The notes: generated by a model from the letters alone, not told the origin. DNA of 63,966 nt, filler included, from Caldilineae bacterium (GCA_037446815.1; 3 parts of 3 records of this genome joined end to end with filler, not necessarily neighbours in it), one strand, 5' to 3'; numbered from the whole stretch's first letter, positions 10,258 through 21,587 are shown. Made by a program: numbers and translations.

Positions 10258-10407
10258 GATTCGGTTCCAAAGTCTGTTGGTAGCCGTCATTGCGAGGGCA
10301 CGCAGTGCCCGAAGCAATCCCCGGGGCGTGGGATTGCTTCGCTTCGCTCGCAATGACACACGAGGCGAGTGCGCCTACGGTTCCCCAACACAAGATGAAA
10401 CCGACTC
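10258..10407 (-). mobile_element. 150-bp MITE, copy 2
   Basis: GATTCGGTTCCA...TGAAACCGACTC; flanks GCGCCATG/GCGCCGTG (7/8). Confidence 0.85.
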
Positions 10408-10504
10408 GCGCCGTGCGGGCCTTTTTGTTTCCGGCGGGAACCTGCTATAATACCCCTGCAATCCGCTTGTGCCACACCGCCCTGGTATCAGACTGTAAAC
10501 GCCT

Positions 10505-11260
10505 ATGAAATCGCTCATCATTGCGGACATTCACGCCAAGCCCGCAGCCCTGGAAGCCATCCTGGACGCGGAAAGGACCTGGGACGAAATCCTGTTTCTG
10601 GGCGACGCCGTAGGCGTTGGGCCCGAACCGAACGAGACCCTGTCCATGCTGGCCGAACTGAACGGCATATTCCTGATGGGCAACCACGATCGGTACATGC
10701 TTTCGCCTGGCGCGGAAGGGAATCCGGATGACCTGTTCGTGGCGTGGCTCAACTGGACGCGGGAGCAGATTTCGGCGCGCAACCTTCGGTTTCTATCCAC
10801 GTTTGAGGAGACGCGCGCCGTGGAACGGGACGGCGTGGCGGTGCGCCTGCTCCACGGCGAGGTCCCGCGTGGGCTGGGCGGGCGAATCTGGCCCGACAGT
10901 CCGCGGCAGGTCTGGGCCATGCTGGCCGAGCGATACGCGGAGCCGGTGATCCTTTTCGGCCACTCGCACGTTCAGTTCCGCGTGAGGCGGGCGGGGCGGC
11001 GATTCGTGAATCCGGGGAGCGCGGGAGAGCCGCGGCTGGGCAAGCCCGGGGCGTGTTATGCCGTCCTTCAGGGCGGACGCCTGTCGCTGAAAGCGGTGCC
11101 GTATGACGTGGAGCGCACATGCTGCGCCATGGATCGGCTCCCGCTGCCGAGGGCGTACATTGAGGTGTGGAAGCAGGCCTTCCGCACGGCGGTGCTGCCG
11201 GAGCCGCATTTCAGCCACATTCGGGACTTCGCGGCCCTCATGGGCAGGGGCTGGCGGTGA
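10505..11260 (+). CDS. Calcineurin-like metallophosphoesterase
   Basis: DIH, LGD, GNHD, HG, GHSH, NPGS motifs. Confidence 0.9.
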   Translation: MKSLIIADIHAKPAALEAILDAERTWDEILFLGDAVGVGPEPNETLSMLAELNGIFLMGNHDRYMLSPGAEGNPDDLFVAWLNWTREQISARNLRFLSTFEETRAVERDGVAVRLLHGEVPRGLGGRIWPDSPRQVWAMLAERYAEPVILFGHSHVQFRVRRAGRRFVNPGSAGEPRLGKPGACYAVLQGGRLSLKAVPYDVERTCCAMDRLPLPRAYIEVWKQAFRTAVLPEPHFSHIRDFAALMGRGWR

Positions 11261-11292
11261 GCGGAAGAACGGCGAAATGGAGGAGGGAGGAC

Positions 11293-11835
11293 ATGATTCT
11301 CGGTCAGAAGGTTCGGCTACGCGCCCTGGAGGAAAGTGACCTGGAGCGTTGCTACACGTGGATCAACGATCCGGAGGTAACCGAGCACCTGGCCACGCGC
11401 TTCCCGATCTCCATGCACGACGAGCGTCAGTGGCTGCTGCGGGCCTCCAGCGGCGAGGCGGACAGGTCTTTCGCCATAGAGACGGCCGACGGCGAACACA
11501 TCGGCAACATTGGCCTGCACCGAATCCAATACCTGGACCGCAACGCCGAACTGGGCATCCTCATCGGCGCGAAGGAGCGTTGGAATCAGGGCTACGGGAC
11601 CGACGCCATTCTCACGCTGTTGAGATTCGCATTTGAAGAGATGAACCTGCATCGCGTATACTTACGGGTGGATGCGGACAACCCGCGGGCCATTCGGTGC
11701 TACGAGAAGTGTGGCTTTGTGCGGGAGGGGACGCTGCGCGACGCTACGTACCGCCGGGGCCGATACAAGGATCAGCACATCATGGGCGTGCTGGCTCACG
11801 AGTTCCGCGCGACGCAGAGCGACGAGAGGAGGTGA
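11293..11835 (+). CDS. GNAT acetyltransferase, RimJ/RimL-like
   Basis: WNQGYGTDA, NPRAIRCYEKCGFVREG; GGAGG RBS. Confidence 0.9.
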   Translation: MILGQKVRLRALEESDLERCYTWINDPEVTEHLATRFPISMHDERQWLLRASSGEADRSFAIETADGEHIGNIGLHRIQYLDRNAELGILIGAKERWNQGYGTDAILTLLRFAFEEMNLHRVYLRVDADNPRAIRCYEKCGFVREGTLRDATYRRGRYKDQHIMGVLAHEFRATQSDERR

Positions 11836-11838
11836 GCG

Positions 11839-12840
11839 ATGACCATGCTGCCTGGGGCATCCTGCGCCGAAGAACCGATGTACCGCGAAGAGCCGATGTA
11901 CGGGACCATGCGGCTGTTCAGCGGGCGGGCCAATCCGCCCCTGGCAGAGCGCATCTCCGAGTATCTCAAGGTTCCGCTGGACGAGGCGGAGATCTTTGAG
12001 TTCCCCAACGAGAACATCTTTGTCCGTCTCAAGAAGAGCGTGCGCGCTCAGGATGTCTTTCTCATCCAGCCGACCTGCTCGCCGGTGAACCGCAACATCA
12101 TGGAGTTGCTCATCATGATAGACACGCTGAAGCGGGCATCGGCGGGGCGCATCACGGCCGTCATCCCTTACTACGGTTACGGGCGCACGGACAAGAAGGA
12201 CCAGCCGCGGGTGCCCATCACGGCGCGCCTCATCGCGGACATGATCAGCGTGGCCGGGGCCAATCGCGTGTTGACCATAGACCTGCACGCCGGCCAGATT
12301 CAGGGGTTCTTCAGCATCCCTGTGGACGAGATGACGGCGATGCCCTTGCTCGTTCGCCACTTTCGCGAGAAGAACATCCCCAATCCGGTCATCGTCGCGC
12401 CGGACGTGGGGGCGACGAAGCGGGCGCGCAACTTCGCCCAGGCGCTGGACGCGCCGCTGGCGGTGATTGAGAAGCGCCGCGTGGGCAACAAGCCGACGGC
12501 GCGGGTGCTGAACCTTATCGGGCGCGTGCGTGGCAAGAATGTCATCATCGTGGACGACGAGATAGACACCGGCGGCTCGCTGGAGGGCGCGTTTGAAATC
12601 CTGCGCAGGCGCGGCGCCCTGGAGATTTACGCATGCGCAACTCATGGCGTCTTCTCGCCGCCGGCGGTAGAGCGGCTGTCGGCGCTGGACTTCAGCGAGA
12701 TCGTGGTTACCGACACGGTGCTCATCCCGCCGGAGAAGCAGATGCGCCACCTGAGAATTCTGTCGGTCGCGCCGCTGCTGGGGGAGGTCATCCGCCGCAT
12801 TCACACCGGCGAATCGGTGGGCGCGATGGCGCTGGCATAG
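11839..12840 (+). CDS. prs: Ribose-phosphate pyrophosphokinase
   Basis: PYYGYGRTDKK, DLHAGQIQGFF, VAPDVGA, IIVDDEIDTGGS. Start may be 11878. Confidence 0.95.
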   Translation: MTMLPGASCAEEPMYREEPMYGTMRLFSGRANPPLAERISEYLKVPLDEAEIFEFPNENIFVRLKKSVRAQDVFLIQPTCSPVNRNIMELLIMIDTLKRASAGRITAVIPYYGYGRTDKKDQPRVPITARLIADMISVAGANRVLTIDLHAGQIQGFFSIPVDEMTAMPLLVRHFREKNIPNPVIVAPDVGATKRARNFAQALDAPLAVIEKRRVGNKPTARVLNLIGRVRGKNVIIVDDEIDTGGSLEGAFEILRRRGALEIYACATHGVFSPPAVERLSALDFSEIVVTDTVLIPPEKQMRHLRILSVAPLLGEVIRRIHTGESVGAMALA

Positions 12841-12877
12841 GGCGCGTGTCGGGATCTGGGCGAGGGACGGCCCACGT

Positions 12878-13027
12878 GAGTCGGTTTCATCTTGTGTTGG
12901 TGAACCGTAGGCGCACTCTCCTCGTGTGTCATTGCGAGCGAAGCGAAGCAATCGCACGCCCCGGAGATTGCTTCGGGCGCTCCGCGCCCTCGCAATGACA
13001 GCCACTAACAGACTTTGGAACCGAGTC
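12878..13027 (+). mobile_element. 150-bp MITE, copy 3
   Basis: GAGTCGGTTTCA...TGGAACCGAGTC; flanks GCCCACGT/GCCTATGT (6/8). Confidence 0.85.
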
Positions 13028-13053
13028 GCCTATGTGTGGCTGTTCGGCGACAC

Positions 13054-13082
13054 TGGACAGAACGGGGCATTCTGGGTATAAT
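13054..13082 (+). promoter_or_regulatory. sigma70-type promoter for the lipoprotein gene
   Basis: TGGACA-17-TATAAT. Confidence 0.55.
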
Positions 13083-13222
13083 ATTCCGTGGGCGCACCCC
13101 ATGCGCCCGTGGGCACCCGTGAGACAGCGGTACGCATGGCACCGTAGCCGCAATGCGCAACGACGGCGACGCTGCAGACGGAGAGTATCCTTCACTGGCA
13201 AGAATGTTTGGAGGAGGAGAAT

Positions 13223-14290
13223 ATGAAACTGCGCCGCTTCGTTTACGCCCTGTTCGTATTGGCCCTTGTCCTCAGCGCCTGCGGTGGTGGCGGCGGGGGC
13301 TCCAAGTTCACCAAGGCTGCCGAGTCGGCCCTGGCGAAGTGGGAGGCGACCGGCATCACCAACTACCGCATCACCGTGCTGGATGAAGACCCCACAAGCA
13401 AAGCCCGCGCCACGGTCTTGGTCCGCGACGGCGAAGTGCTGGACGCCACCTGGGTTCGCAACATTGACGATCCCAACGCCGCGCCGGAGCCCTTGGATGC
13501 TACGTCGGCCGAGACCTACACGGTCCCCGGCCTCATTGAGTGGGTCCAGGAGCCAGGGGTCAAAGAGGCCAAGTTTGATGACGAGAAAGGGTATCCCACC
13601 TACATCAAGCGCCACATTACCACCGTAGAGCCGGCGGTGGATCGGGTCATCACGGTGCTGGCGTTCAAGGAACTGCCCAAGAGCGAGATGGCGCGCACAA
13701 TGCCGCCCGCGCCAAACGCAGCCCAGGCCAGCGAATTGCGCTCGTATATCACCTACGCGATCATCAAGGAGCACCCGCAACTGGGGCTGCCGCAATTCCT
13801 GTCGTGGCAGGCAGTGCCTGGGACGCGCGGGTACACGCGCTACGACACGCCGAATCCACCGGTAACGATTATCCTATGGTGGGCGGAGCCGGAAAAGGGC
13901 TATCCGGTGAGCCTGTGGGCATATCCCCAGGGCAAACGCGTTCTGTGGGATGCGGTCGTGTTCCTGTCGGGTGAGGTGCGCGAGGTCGGCTATGCGGAGT
14001 GGACGGAGGGCGCTCCGCCGCTTGGATCGCCCGAGCAGGCCCGCGACCTGGCCGTGGACTATCTGCGCACGACCTATCCTGACAAGGTGCCCGCAGGCCT
14101 GACATGGTCGGAAGGGGCCAAGCCCGAGGCAGCGCCGGGCTCCGATGCGCGCCTGTACGAGTCCGGGGATTGGGATGTGGAAGTGAACTGGGTGCTGGGG
14201 CCGATTCCGGTGTTTGACGTGAGCGTCGTGGGGCCTAATGGCTCATGGTTCATGACGGTGCACCCGACGGGCGCGGTGTACGAGCGCTGA
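13223..14290 (+). CDS. Lipoprotein of unknown function (N-terminal DUF6174-like domain)
   Basis: Signal peptide with LSAC lipobox, poly-Gly linker, A.AKW...GITNY and FD...GYP motifs; GGAGG RBS. Confidence 0.7.
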   Translation: MKLRRFVYALFVLALVLSACGGGGGGSKFTKAAESALAKWEATGITNYRITVLDEDPTSKARATVLVRDGEVLDATWVRNIDDPNAAPEPLDATSAETYTVPGLIEWVQEPGVKEAKFDDEKGYPTYIKRHITTVEPAVDRVITVLAFKELPKSEMARTMPPAPNAAQASELRSYITYAIIKEHPQLGLPQFLSWQAVPGTRGYTRYDTPNPPVTIILWWAEPEKGYPVSLWAYPQGKRVLWDAVVFLSGEVREVGYAEWTEGAPPLGSPEQARDLAVDYLRTTYPDKVPAGLTWSEGAKPEAAPGSDARLYESGDWDVEVNWVLGPIPVFDVSVVGPNGSWFMTVHPTGAVYER

Positions 14291-14772
14291 TGCCGGGCGC
14301 GCAGGAGGCTTCTGGCGGCGGGACGGGGCCGGTCCTTGTTCGTCCGGCGGGCGAACGGGACGCCGAGTCCATCGCCGTGCTGTCGGGGCAACTGGGGTAT
14401 CCGACGGAGACAGAGGCCGTGCGGCAGCGCCTGCGCGCTATCGCCCAGAGGCCCGACCACGCGGTGTTCGTGGCGGAAACCGCGGGGCAAGTCGTCGGCT
14501 GGGTGCATGTGTACGCGGTAACGGCGCTGGAGTCTCCTGCGCATGCCGAAATCGGCGGGCTGGTGGTGGATGCGGCGCACCGCGGGCGAGGTATCGGGCG
14601 CGCCCTGATGGAGCGGGCGGAGGCCTGGGCGCGCGACGCGGGCCTGGGAGTCGTGCGGCTGCGTTCCAACGTCGTGCGCGCCGAGGCGCATGCGTTCTAC
14701 GAGGGCATCGGATATACCCTCGTGAAGACGCAGAAGGTGTTTGCGAAGATGCTGGAGGATAATCCCGACTGA
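14290..14772 (+). CDS. GNAT acetyltransferase
   Basis: [36 protein letters not shown] overlap with the upstream stop. Confidence 0.88.
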   Translation: MPGAQEASGGGTGPVLVRPAGERDAESIAVLSGQLGYPTETEAVRQRLRAIAQRPDHAVFVAETAGQVVGWVHVYAVTALESPAHAEIGGLVVDAAHRGRGIGRALMERAEAWARDAGLGVVRLRSNVVRAEAHAFYEGIGYTLVKTQKVFAKMLEDNPD

Positions 14773-14833
14773 GACGGAGGCAAACGGTAGACGACCAGTA
14801 CCCCAAAATCACACCAAAGGAGGTGGAAGACCA

Positions 14834-15685
14834 ATGGCGATCACAGAAGTGGCCGTAATCGGCGCAGGCACGATGGGGAACGGCATCGCCCAGACCTTCG
14901 CCCAAGCCGGATACGCGGTAACCCTTGTGGAGATTGACGAAGGGCAGTTGAAGCGGGGAATGGCGGCGATTGAGAAGTCGCTGGCCAAGTTTGTGGAGAA
15001 GGGAAAACTCTCCTCCGAGGACCGCGACGCTGCCCTTTCGCGTATCCGCCCCACGCTCAAACTGGAAGATGCCGCCCCTGCCCACTTCGTTGTGGAGGCG
15101 GTGGTGGAGAACCTGGACGTGAAGCGCAAGGTATTCGCCCAGTTGGACGGCCTGTGCGCGCCTGAGGTAATTCTCAGCACCAACACGTCGTCTATCTCCA
15201 TCACGGAGATTGCGGCGGCAACCAAGCGGCCCGATAAGGTCATCGGGATGCACTTCATGAATCCCGTCCCGCTGATGCAACTGGTGGAGATCATCCGGGG
15301 GCTCGCCACGTCCGACGAGACCTACGCCGCCACGGAAGAACTGGCCCGGAACCTGGGCAAGACGCCGGTGGAGGTGAACGACTATCCCGGGTTCGTCTCC
15401 AACCGCGTCCTGATGCCCATGATCAACGAGGCCATCTACTGCGTCATGGAGGGGGTCGCCAAGCCCGAGGCCATTGATACCGTGATGCGGCTGGGCATGA
15501 ACCATCCCATGGGGCCGCTGGCGCTGGCCGACCTCATCGGGCTGGATGTCTGCTTGAACATCATGGAGGTGCTGTACAGGGGATTGGGGGACTCCAAGTA
15601 TCGGCCGTGCCCGCTGTTGCGCAAGATGGTCGCCGCCGGGCACCTGGGCCGCAAGACCGGCAAGGGGTTTTACACGTATTCATAG
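14834..15685 (+). CDS. hbd: 3-hydroxybutyryl-CoA dehydrogenase
   Basis: [43 protein letters not shown]. Confidence 0.95.
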   Translation: MAITEVAVIGAGTMGNGIAQTFAQAGYAVTLVEIDEGQLKRGMAAIEKSLAKFVEKGKLSSEDRDAALSRIRPTLKLEDAAPAHFVVEAVVENLDVKRKVFAQLDGLCAPEVILSTNTSSISITEIAAATKRPDKVIGMHFMNPVPLMQLVEIIRGLATSDETYAATEELARNLGKTPVEVNDYPGFVSNRVLMPMINEAIYCVMEGVAKPEAIDTVMRLGMNHPMGPLALADLIGLDVCLNIMEVLYRGLGDSKYRPCPLLRKMVAAGHLGRKTGKGFYTYS

Positions 15686-15785
15686 CGGTCAGCAATCAGC
15701 GGTCAGCGGGTAGGATCAGGAAGCGGGCTGTGCGCTCACCGCCGATTGCGGATGGCCGACTGCTGATGGCTGAACGCTGATCGCT
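15683..15785. repeat. Inverted arms of 7-bp tandem repeats (TCAGCNN / NNGCTGA)
   Basis: TCAGCAA-TCAGCGG-TCAGCGG on the left, CTGATGG-CTGAACG-CTGA on the right. Confidence 0.75.
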
Positions 15786-15810
15786 CAAACACACACAGAG
15801 GAGGCAAACC

Positions 15811-16953
15811 ATGGACCTGAAACTCACCGAAGAGCAGGAAATGATCCGCAAGGTGGCGCGGGAGTTTGCCGAGAAGGAGGTGGCGCCCATCGCCGCCGAA
15901 CTGGACGAGAAAGGCGAGGTCCCCTTTGCCAACATCCGCAAGATGGCCGAACTGGGGTTCTTGGGGCTGACGACGCCGGAGGAGTACGGCGGGGCCGGCA
16001 TGGACACGGTGTCCTATTGCATCGCCATTGAGGAGATTTCCAAAGCGTGCGCCGCGACGGCCATCGTCATGGCAGTGCAGAACTCGCTGGTGAACTACAT
16101 CCTGCTGAAGTTCGGCACCGAGGAGCAGAAGGACAAGTACCTGCGCCCGCTGGCTGCGGGAGAGAAGATCGGCGCGTTTGCGCTGACGGAGCCGGGTGCC
16201 GGAACCGACGCCGCTGCCCAGCAGACGACCGCTGTCCTGCAGGGCGATCACTACGTCATCAACGGCACCAAGCACTTCATCACCAACGGCGGGTTCGCGG
16301 ACATCGTTCTGCTGTTCGCCATGACCGACAAGAGCAAGGGCCACCGCGGCATTTCGTGCTTCATCGTGGAGAAGGGCACGCCCGGCTTCACCACGGGCAA
16401 GCACGAGCACAAGATGGGCATTCGCGCGTCCGATACGTGCGAGTTGATCTTTGAGGACTGCAAAGTCCCCGCAGCGAACCGCCTGGGCCAGGAAGGCGAA
16501 GGGTTCAAGATCGCCATGATGGCGCTGGACGCGGGACGCATCGGCGTGGGAGCGCAGGCGGTGGGCATTGCCCAGGCCGCGCTGGACAAGGCCATCGCCC
16601 ACGCCAAGACGCGGGTGCAGTTCGGCCAACCTATTGCTCAGTTCCAGGCCATCCAGTTCATGCTGGCCGACATGGCGACCCAGATTGAGGCGGCGCGCCT
16701 GTTGGTGTACAATGCAGCCCTGAAGAAGGACGCGGGGGAGCGATTCTCCAAAGAGGCGTCCATGGCCAAACTGTTCGCCTCGGAGATGGCCGGGTTCGTA
16801 ACCACCAAGGCCGTGCAGATTCACGGCGGGTATGGGTACATGAAAGAATACCCCGTGGAGCGGTACTTCCGCGACGCCAAGATCACCGAACTCTACGAGG
16901 GCACCAGCGAAGTGCAGCGAATGGTCATCGCGAGCAACTTGCTGAAGGAATGA
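15811..16953 (+). CDS. Short-chain (butyryl-CoA-like) acyl-CoA dehydrogenase
   Basis: [40 protein letters not shown]. Confidence 0.95.
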   Translation: MDLKLTEEQEMIRKVAREFAEKEVAPIAAELDEKGEVPFANIRKMAELGFLGLTTPEEYGGAGMDTVSYCIAIEEISKACAATAIVMAVQNSLVNYILLKFGTEEQKDKYLRPLAAGEKIGAFALTEPGAGTDAAAQQTTAVLQGDHYVINGTKHFITNGGFADIVLLFAMTDKSKGHRGISCFIVEKGTPGFTTGKHEHKMGIRASDTCELIFEDCKVPAANRLGQEGEGFKIAMMALDAGRIGVGAQAVGIAQAALDKAIAHAKTRVQFGQPIAQFQAIQFMLADMATQIEAARLLVYNAALKKDAGERFSKEASMAKLFASEMAGFVTTKAVQIHGGYGYMKEYPVERYFRDAKITELYEGTSEVQRMVIASNLLKE

Positions 16954-17001
16954 CGTAGCGCAATGCCCGGCGCGGCCGTGTGAGCGGCTGGCCGGGCGCT
17001 G

Positions 17002-17311
17002 TGTTTGGTTCCAAAGTCTGTTGACAATCGCGGCGGCCATACCTCACCCCCGGCCTTCGGCCTCCCCCTCTCCGCTGGCGGAGAGAGGGAAGGAGGGGGT
17101 GAGGTTGGCAAGTTGCTCCGCTTCGCCTGCAATGACTCGTGGAAGTGTCATTCTCTGAGGCGCGGAGCGGCGAAGAGTCTCGCGCGGCGGCCACACCTCA
17201 CCCCCGGCCTTCGGAACGAGGGGGTGAGGTGGGCAAGTTGCTCTGCTTCGCCCGCGATAACGCACGAGGGGAGTGTGCAGGCGGTTCACCAGCACGAGAT
17301 GAAACGGAGTG
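17002..17311 (-). mobile_element. Expanded 310-bp MITE, copy 4, containing nested CCTCACCCCC hairpin repeats
   Basis: Degenerate ends of the same MITE; perfect 8-bp flanks GGGCGCTG/GGGCGCTG. Confidence 0.75.
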
Positions 17312-17359
17312 GGGCGCTGGATTGCTGGGCGGCGCAAGTCTGTTAGTGGGAGGTAGACG

Positions 17360-18910
17360 GTGGCTGAGGATCCGAGGATCGCGCAACTGCGGAAGATGCG
17401 AGAACAGGCACGCTTGGGCGGGGGCCAGGCCCGCATAGACGCGCAACACGCCAAAGGCAGGCTCACCGCACGCGAGCGGATTGACCTGCTCCTGGACCCG
17501 GGGAGTTTTCGCGAACTGGACATGTTCGTAACGCATCGCACGGTCGGGTTCGGCATTGAGGAGAAGAAGTACCTGAGCGACAGCGTGGTTACCGGTTGGG
17601 GCACCATCAACGGTCGGCTGGTCTACGTCTTCTCGCAGGACTTCACCGTGTTCGGCGGGTCGCTGGGCGAGGTGCACGCCGAGAAGGTGTGCAAGATCAT
17701 GGACATGGCCATGAAGAACGGCGCGCCGGTCATCGGGCTGAACGATTCGGGCGGGGCGCGGATTCAGGAGGGCGTGGTGTCGCTGGCGGCCTACGCGTAC
17801 GTGTTCCAGCGCAACGTGATGGCCTCGGGCGTGGTGCCGCAGATCTCGGCCATCATGGGGCCATGCGCGGGGGGCGCGGTGTATTCGCCCGCCATGACCG
17901 ACTTCATCCTCATGGTCAAGGGCACCAGTTACATGCATATCACTGGCCCCGATGTCATCAAGGCGGTTACGCGGGAGGAGGTAACCTCGGAAGAACTGGG
18001 CGGCGCGATGGTGCACAACGCCACCAGCGGCGTGGCGCACTTCGCCGCAGAAAACGAGCCGCATTGCATGGAACTCATCCGCAGCCTGCTCAGTTACATC
18101 CCGCAGAACAACATGGAGGATCCGCCGTTTGTCCCCACCGATGACCCGCCCGACCGCATGGACCCGGAACTGGACAGCATCGTGCCCGATTCGGCCATGA
18201 AGCCGTATGACATGAAGGCGATCATCCGCCGCGTGGTGGACAACGGCGAGTTCTTGGAAGTGCAGGAGCATTGGGCCAAGAACATCATCGTGGGGTTCGC
18301 GCGGCTGGGCGGCCGGTCTGTGGGCATCGTGGCGCAGCAGCCGGCCTTGCTGGCGGGCGTGCTGGACATCAATTCGTCCATCAAGGGCGCGCGATTTGTT
18401 CGCTTCTGCGACTGCTTCAACATCCCCATCGTTACCTTCGTGGACGTGCCCGGGTTCCTGCCAGGCGTTGCGCAGGAGCATGGGGGCATCATCCGCAACG
18501 GGGCGAAGTTGCTGTACGCCTACTGCGAGGCGACGGTGCCCAAGTTGACGGTCATCACGCGCAAGGCCTACGGCGGGGCTTACGACGTGATGAGTTCCAA
18601 GCACATCCGCGGGGATTTGAACTACGCCTGGCCCAGCGCCGAAATTGCGGTCATGGGGCCGGATGGCGCGGTCAACATCATCTTCCGCAAGGAAATTGAG
18701 GAATCGGAGGATCCGGAAGCGACGCGAGAGCGCTTGGTGAAGCAATATCGCGAGCAGTTCGCCAATCCCTACGTGGCGGCGGCGCGGGGCTACATAGACG
18801 ACGTTATAGAGCCGCACGAGACCCGCCCGCGGCTGATTGAGGGTCTGGAGATGTTGCAGAACAAGCGGGACTCCAATCCGCCGAAGAAGCACGGCAACAT
18901 CCCGTTGTGA
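17360..18910 (+). CDS. Acyl-CoA carboxyltransferase (methylmalonyl-CoA carboxyltransferase 12S / PccB-like)
   Basis: [39 protein letters not shown]-terminal KKHGNIPL. Confidence 0.93.
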   Translation: MAEDPRIAQLRKMREQARLGGGQARIDAQHAKGRLTARERIDLLLDPGSFRELDMFVTHRTVGFGIEEKKYLSDSVVTGWGTINGRLVYVFSQDFTVFGGSLGEVHAEKVCKIMDMAMKNGAPVIGLNDSGGARIQEGVVSLAAYAYVFQRNVMASGVVPQISAIMGPCAGGAVYSPAMTDFILMVKGTSYMHITGPDVIKAVTREEVTSEELGGAMVHNATSGVAHFAAENEPHCMELIRSLLSYIPQNNMEDPPFVPTDDPPDRMDPELDSIVPDSAMKPYDMKAIIRRVVDNGEFLEVQEHWAKNIIVGFARLGGRSVGIVAQQPALLAGVLDINSSIKGARFVRFCDCFNIPIVTFVDVPGFLPGVAQEHGGIIRNGAKLLYAYCEATVPKLTVITRKAYGGAYDVMSSKHIRGDLNYAWPSAEIAVMGPDGAVNIIFRKEIEESEDPEATRERLVKQYREQFANPYVAAARGYIDDVIEPHETRPRLIEGLEMLQNKRDSNPPKKHGNIPL

Positions 18911-18928
18911 TGGGGGCAAGGAGGCACC

Positions 18929-19249
18929 ATGGCCGAGAAGAAGAGAAGCATCGCCGACGCGGCGGCAGAACTGGCACAGCCGTTCACCCACGCGGTGCTG
19001 GGCCGAGTGGACGACTACTGCGCTTACCTGAGCCGCTTTGAGGGGGCGTATCGGTTTCATGAGCACGCCAAGGACGAGTTGTACATGGTCATAGAGGGCG
19101 AGATTGTGATTGATTATGCCGATGGGCCCAGCGTACCGGTGCATCAGGGCGAGGTTCTCGTCGTGAAGGCGGGCGAGCGCCACCGGTCGCGGGCCGACAA
19201 ATCCGCGTTGGTGGTAATGTTCAAGGCCGCCCAATTGTTCGCAGAATAG
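18929..19249 (+). CDS. Cupin-domain protein
   Basis: FHEHAKDELYMVIEG and GERHRS cupin motifs. Confidence 0.85.
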   Translation: MAEKKRSIADAAAELAQPFTHAVLGRVDDYCAYLSRFEGAYRFHEHAKDELYMVIEGEIVIDYADGPSVPVHQGEVLVVKAGERHRSRADKSALVVMFKAAQLFAE

Positions 19250-19257
19250 GAGAGGAT

Positions 19258-20766
19258 ATGGAGAGGAAACCCCTTCGCATCACCGACACCGTTCTGCGGG
19301 ACGCGCACCAGTCGCTGTTGGCGACGCGCCTGCGCACGGAAGACATGCTGGCCATCGCGGCGAAACTGGAGCGCGTAGGGTATCACTCGGTGGAGATGTG
19401 GGGCGGGGCGACCTTTGACTCGGCCATGCGTTTCTTGGACGAGGACCCGTGGGAGCGCATCCGCACCCTGCGCAAGGCCATGCCCAATACGCCGTTCCAG
19501 ATGCTCCTGCGCGGCCAGAATGTGGTGGGGTATCGCCACTACCCCGACGATATCGTGGAGAAGTTCATCATCCTGGCGCGCAAGAACGGCATAGACATCT
19601 TCCGCATCTTTGACGCGCTGAACGACGTGCGGAATATGCGCTGGGCCATGGAGGTAACCAAGCGCGTCGGCGGGCACGTGCAGGCGGCCATTTGCTACAC
19701 CATCAGCCCGGTGCACACCATTGACGGCTACGTGGAGATGGCGAAGCAGTTGGCCGATATGGGGGCCGATTCCATCTGCATCAAGGATATGGCGGGACTG
19801 ATTTCCCCATACGCGGCCTACGAACTGGTGAAGCGCCTGAAGGCGGAGATTCCGCTGCCCATTCAGTTGCACACCCACTACACCAGCGGCATGGCAACGG
19901 GCGCGGTCATCAAGGCGGCAGAGGCGGGCGTGGATATCGTGGACACGGCCATTTCGTCGCTGGCGCTGGTAACGTCGCAGCCGCCCACGGAGACGATCGT
20001 GAGCATCATGCAGGAGACGCCGCGCGATACGGGGCTTGACCTGGGCCTGCTGGCCGAGATCGCGCAGGATGTGGCCCAGATTCGCAAGAAGTACGGCAAG
20101 TTTGAGAGCGGCCTGGTAGGTGTGGATGTGGACGTGCTGCGGTTCCAGATTCCGGGCGGGATGCTGTCCAACCTGGTGTCGCAGTTGCGGGAGCAGGGCG
20201 CGGAGCACCGATACCGCGAGGTGCTGGACGAGGTGCCGCGCGTGCGCAAAGAGTTGGGCTACCCGCCGCTGGTAACGCCATCCAGCCAGATTGTGGGCAC
20301 GCAGGCCACGCTGAACGTGATCCTGGGCCAACGGTACAAGGTCATCCCGCAGGAGGTGAAGAACTACATCCGCGGGCTATACGGGAAGCCCCCCGCGCCA
20401 ATAGACCCGGAGGTGAAGCGGCTGGCCATTGGCGACGAGGAGCCGATAGATTGCCGCCCCGCCGATTTGATCCCGCCCGGATACGAGCAGGCGAAGGCGG
20501 AGATCGGCGATTTGGCCGAGAGCGAGGAGGACATCATCTCGTATGCGCTGTTCCCGCAGGTGGCGAAGCCGTTCCTGGAGCGGCGGCGCGCGGGCGCGGG
20601 CGGCAAGGCGCAGATGGTAGCAGCCGTCTCAGCGGCGCTGGCGGCGCAGGAGGCGGCCAAGGCGGCGCGGCCCGCCGTCGCGGCAGCGCCTGCGATGACC
20701 GTGTCGCCGTGGAAGATCGCCGGGCGGCAAGGAGCCATGAGTGGCGCCGGATGGAGGGGGCTGTAG
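19258..20766 (+). CDS. Pyruvate/oxaloacetate carboxyltransferase (transcarboxylase 5S / OadA / PycB-like) without a biotinyl domain
   Basis: LRDAHQSLLATR, WGGATFD, IKDMAG, LHTH, IPGGMLSNL, GYPPLVTPSSQIVG. Confidence 0.92.
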   Translation: MERKPLRITDTVLRDAHQSLLATRLRTEDMLAIAAKLERVGYHSVEMWGGATFDSAMRFLDEDPWERIRTLRKAMPNTPFQMLLRGQNVVGYRHYPDDIVEKFIILARKNGIDIFRIFDALNDVRNMRWAMEVTKRVGGHVQAAICYTISPVHTIDGYVEMAKQLADMGADSICIKDMAGLISPYAAYELVKRLKAEIPLPIQLHTHYTSGMATGAVIKAAEAGVDIVDTAISSLALVTSQPPTETIVSIMQETPRDTGLDLGLLAEIAQDVAQIRKKYGKFESGLVGVDVDVLRFQIPGGMLSNLVSQLREQGAEHRYREVLDEVPRVRKELGYPPLVTPSSQIVGTQATLNVILGQRYKVIPQEVKNYIRGLYGKPPAPIDPEVKRLAIGDEEPIDCRPADLIPPGYEQAKAEIGDLAESEEDIISYALFPQVAKPFLERRRAGAGGKAQMVAAVSAALAAQEAAKAARPAVAAAPAMTVSPWKIAGRQGAMSGAGWRGL

Positions 20767-20798
20767 ACCCTACTACAAGGAAGCCCGAGGGCGTCTGT

Positions 20799-21587
20799 AT
20801 GGCTCTTTATCGCGTTTACGTGGACGAAGTCGGGAATCACGACATGAGCCATGTGGACGATCCTCGCTACCAGTTTCTTTCGCTTACCGGGGTCATCCTT
20901 GAGACAGGCCACTATGCCAAGGTTGTGCAGAGGGAGATGGAAGATATCAAGAGGGAGTTCTTCTTACAGGATCCGGATGAGCCGGTTATCTTCCATCGGA
21001 AAGAAGTCGTGAACAGGCGTCCGCCGTTCCAGGCTCTGCGGAATCCGCAGACAGAGCAAGAGTTCAATACTGTGCTGCTGTCAGCGCTGGCACGATGGGA
21101 TTACCATGTGGTAACGGTTGTTCTGGACAAGAAGGCCCACCGCGACCGGTACCGTGTCTGGCGATATCATCCGTATCACTACTGCCTGGCTGTGCTGCTT
21201 GAGCGCTACATCCTGTTCCTGGCCGACGTGGATGGCCGAGGTGATGTGTTGGTGGAGAGCCGGGGCGGAAAAGAGGATGGGAAACTGAAGGAGTCCTATC
21301 GGCGACTGTATGAGCGCGGCACAGATTTCATCGGCCCCGAGCGATGGCAAACGCGGCTGACTTCGCGCGAACTGAAGGTCAAGCCCAGGCGCGACAACAT
21401 CGCGGGCTTGCAACTTGCGGACCTTATCGCGCACGCGTCGCAGCGAGAGATATTGCTGGATCACAGGCTCGTAGAGGATGATCGCGAAACGTTCGGCGCC
21501 AGGATCTGCGAAATCCTTCGGGAGGGTAAGTACCTGCGGTCGGGAACGGGTGAGATGGATGGCTATGGGAGAAAACTGTTGCCATAA
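20799..21587 (+). CDS. DUF3800-family protein (RNase H-like acidic motifs)
   Basis: N-terminal YVDEVG and C-terminal GLQLADLIA match the DE(S)G and QxAD hallmarks; DNA visibly less GC-rich than its neighbours. Confidence 0.85.
   Translation: MALYRVYVDEVGNHDMSHVDDPRYQFLSLTGVILETGHYAKVVQREMEDIKREFFLQDPDEPVIFHRKEVVNRRPPFQALRNPQTEQEFNTVLLSALARWDYHVVTVVLDKKAHRDRYRVWRYHPYHYCLAVLLERYILFLADVDGRGDVLVESRGGKEDGKLKESYRRLYERGTDFIGPERWQTRLTSRELKVKPRRDNIAGLQLADLIAHASQREILLDHRLVEDDRETFGARICEILREGKYLRSGTGEMDGYGRKLLP

Noticed and set aside
10223..10508. Short recurring ORFs such as VIARARSARSN / SLRAKRSN
   Set aside because: Translations of the 150-bp MITE, not protein genes.
10505..11260. Metallophosphoesterase as the missing SbcD
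   Set aside because: Short stand-alone type with GHSH/NPGS motifs, no capping domain, and on a different contig.
11868..11903. Duplicated EEPMY at the Prs N-terminus
   Set aside because: Short local duplication that only affects start-codon choice.
13083..13222. Hairpin-containing leader of the lipoprotein gene as a riboswitch
   Set aside because: No recognisable aptamer or terminator; short GC stems are expected by chance.
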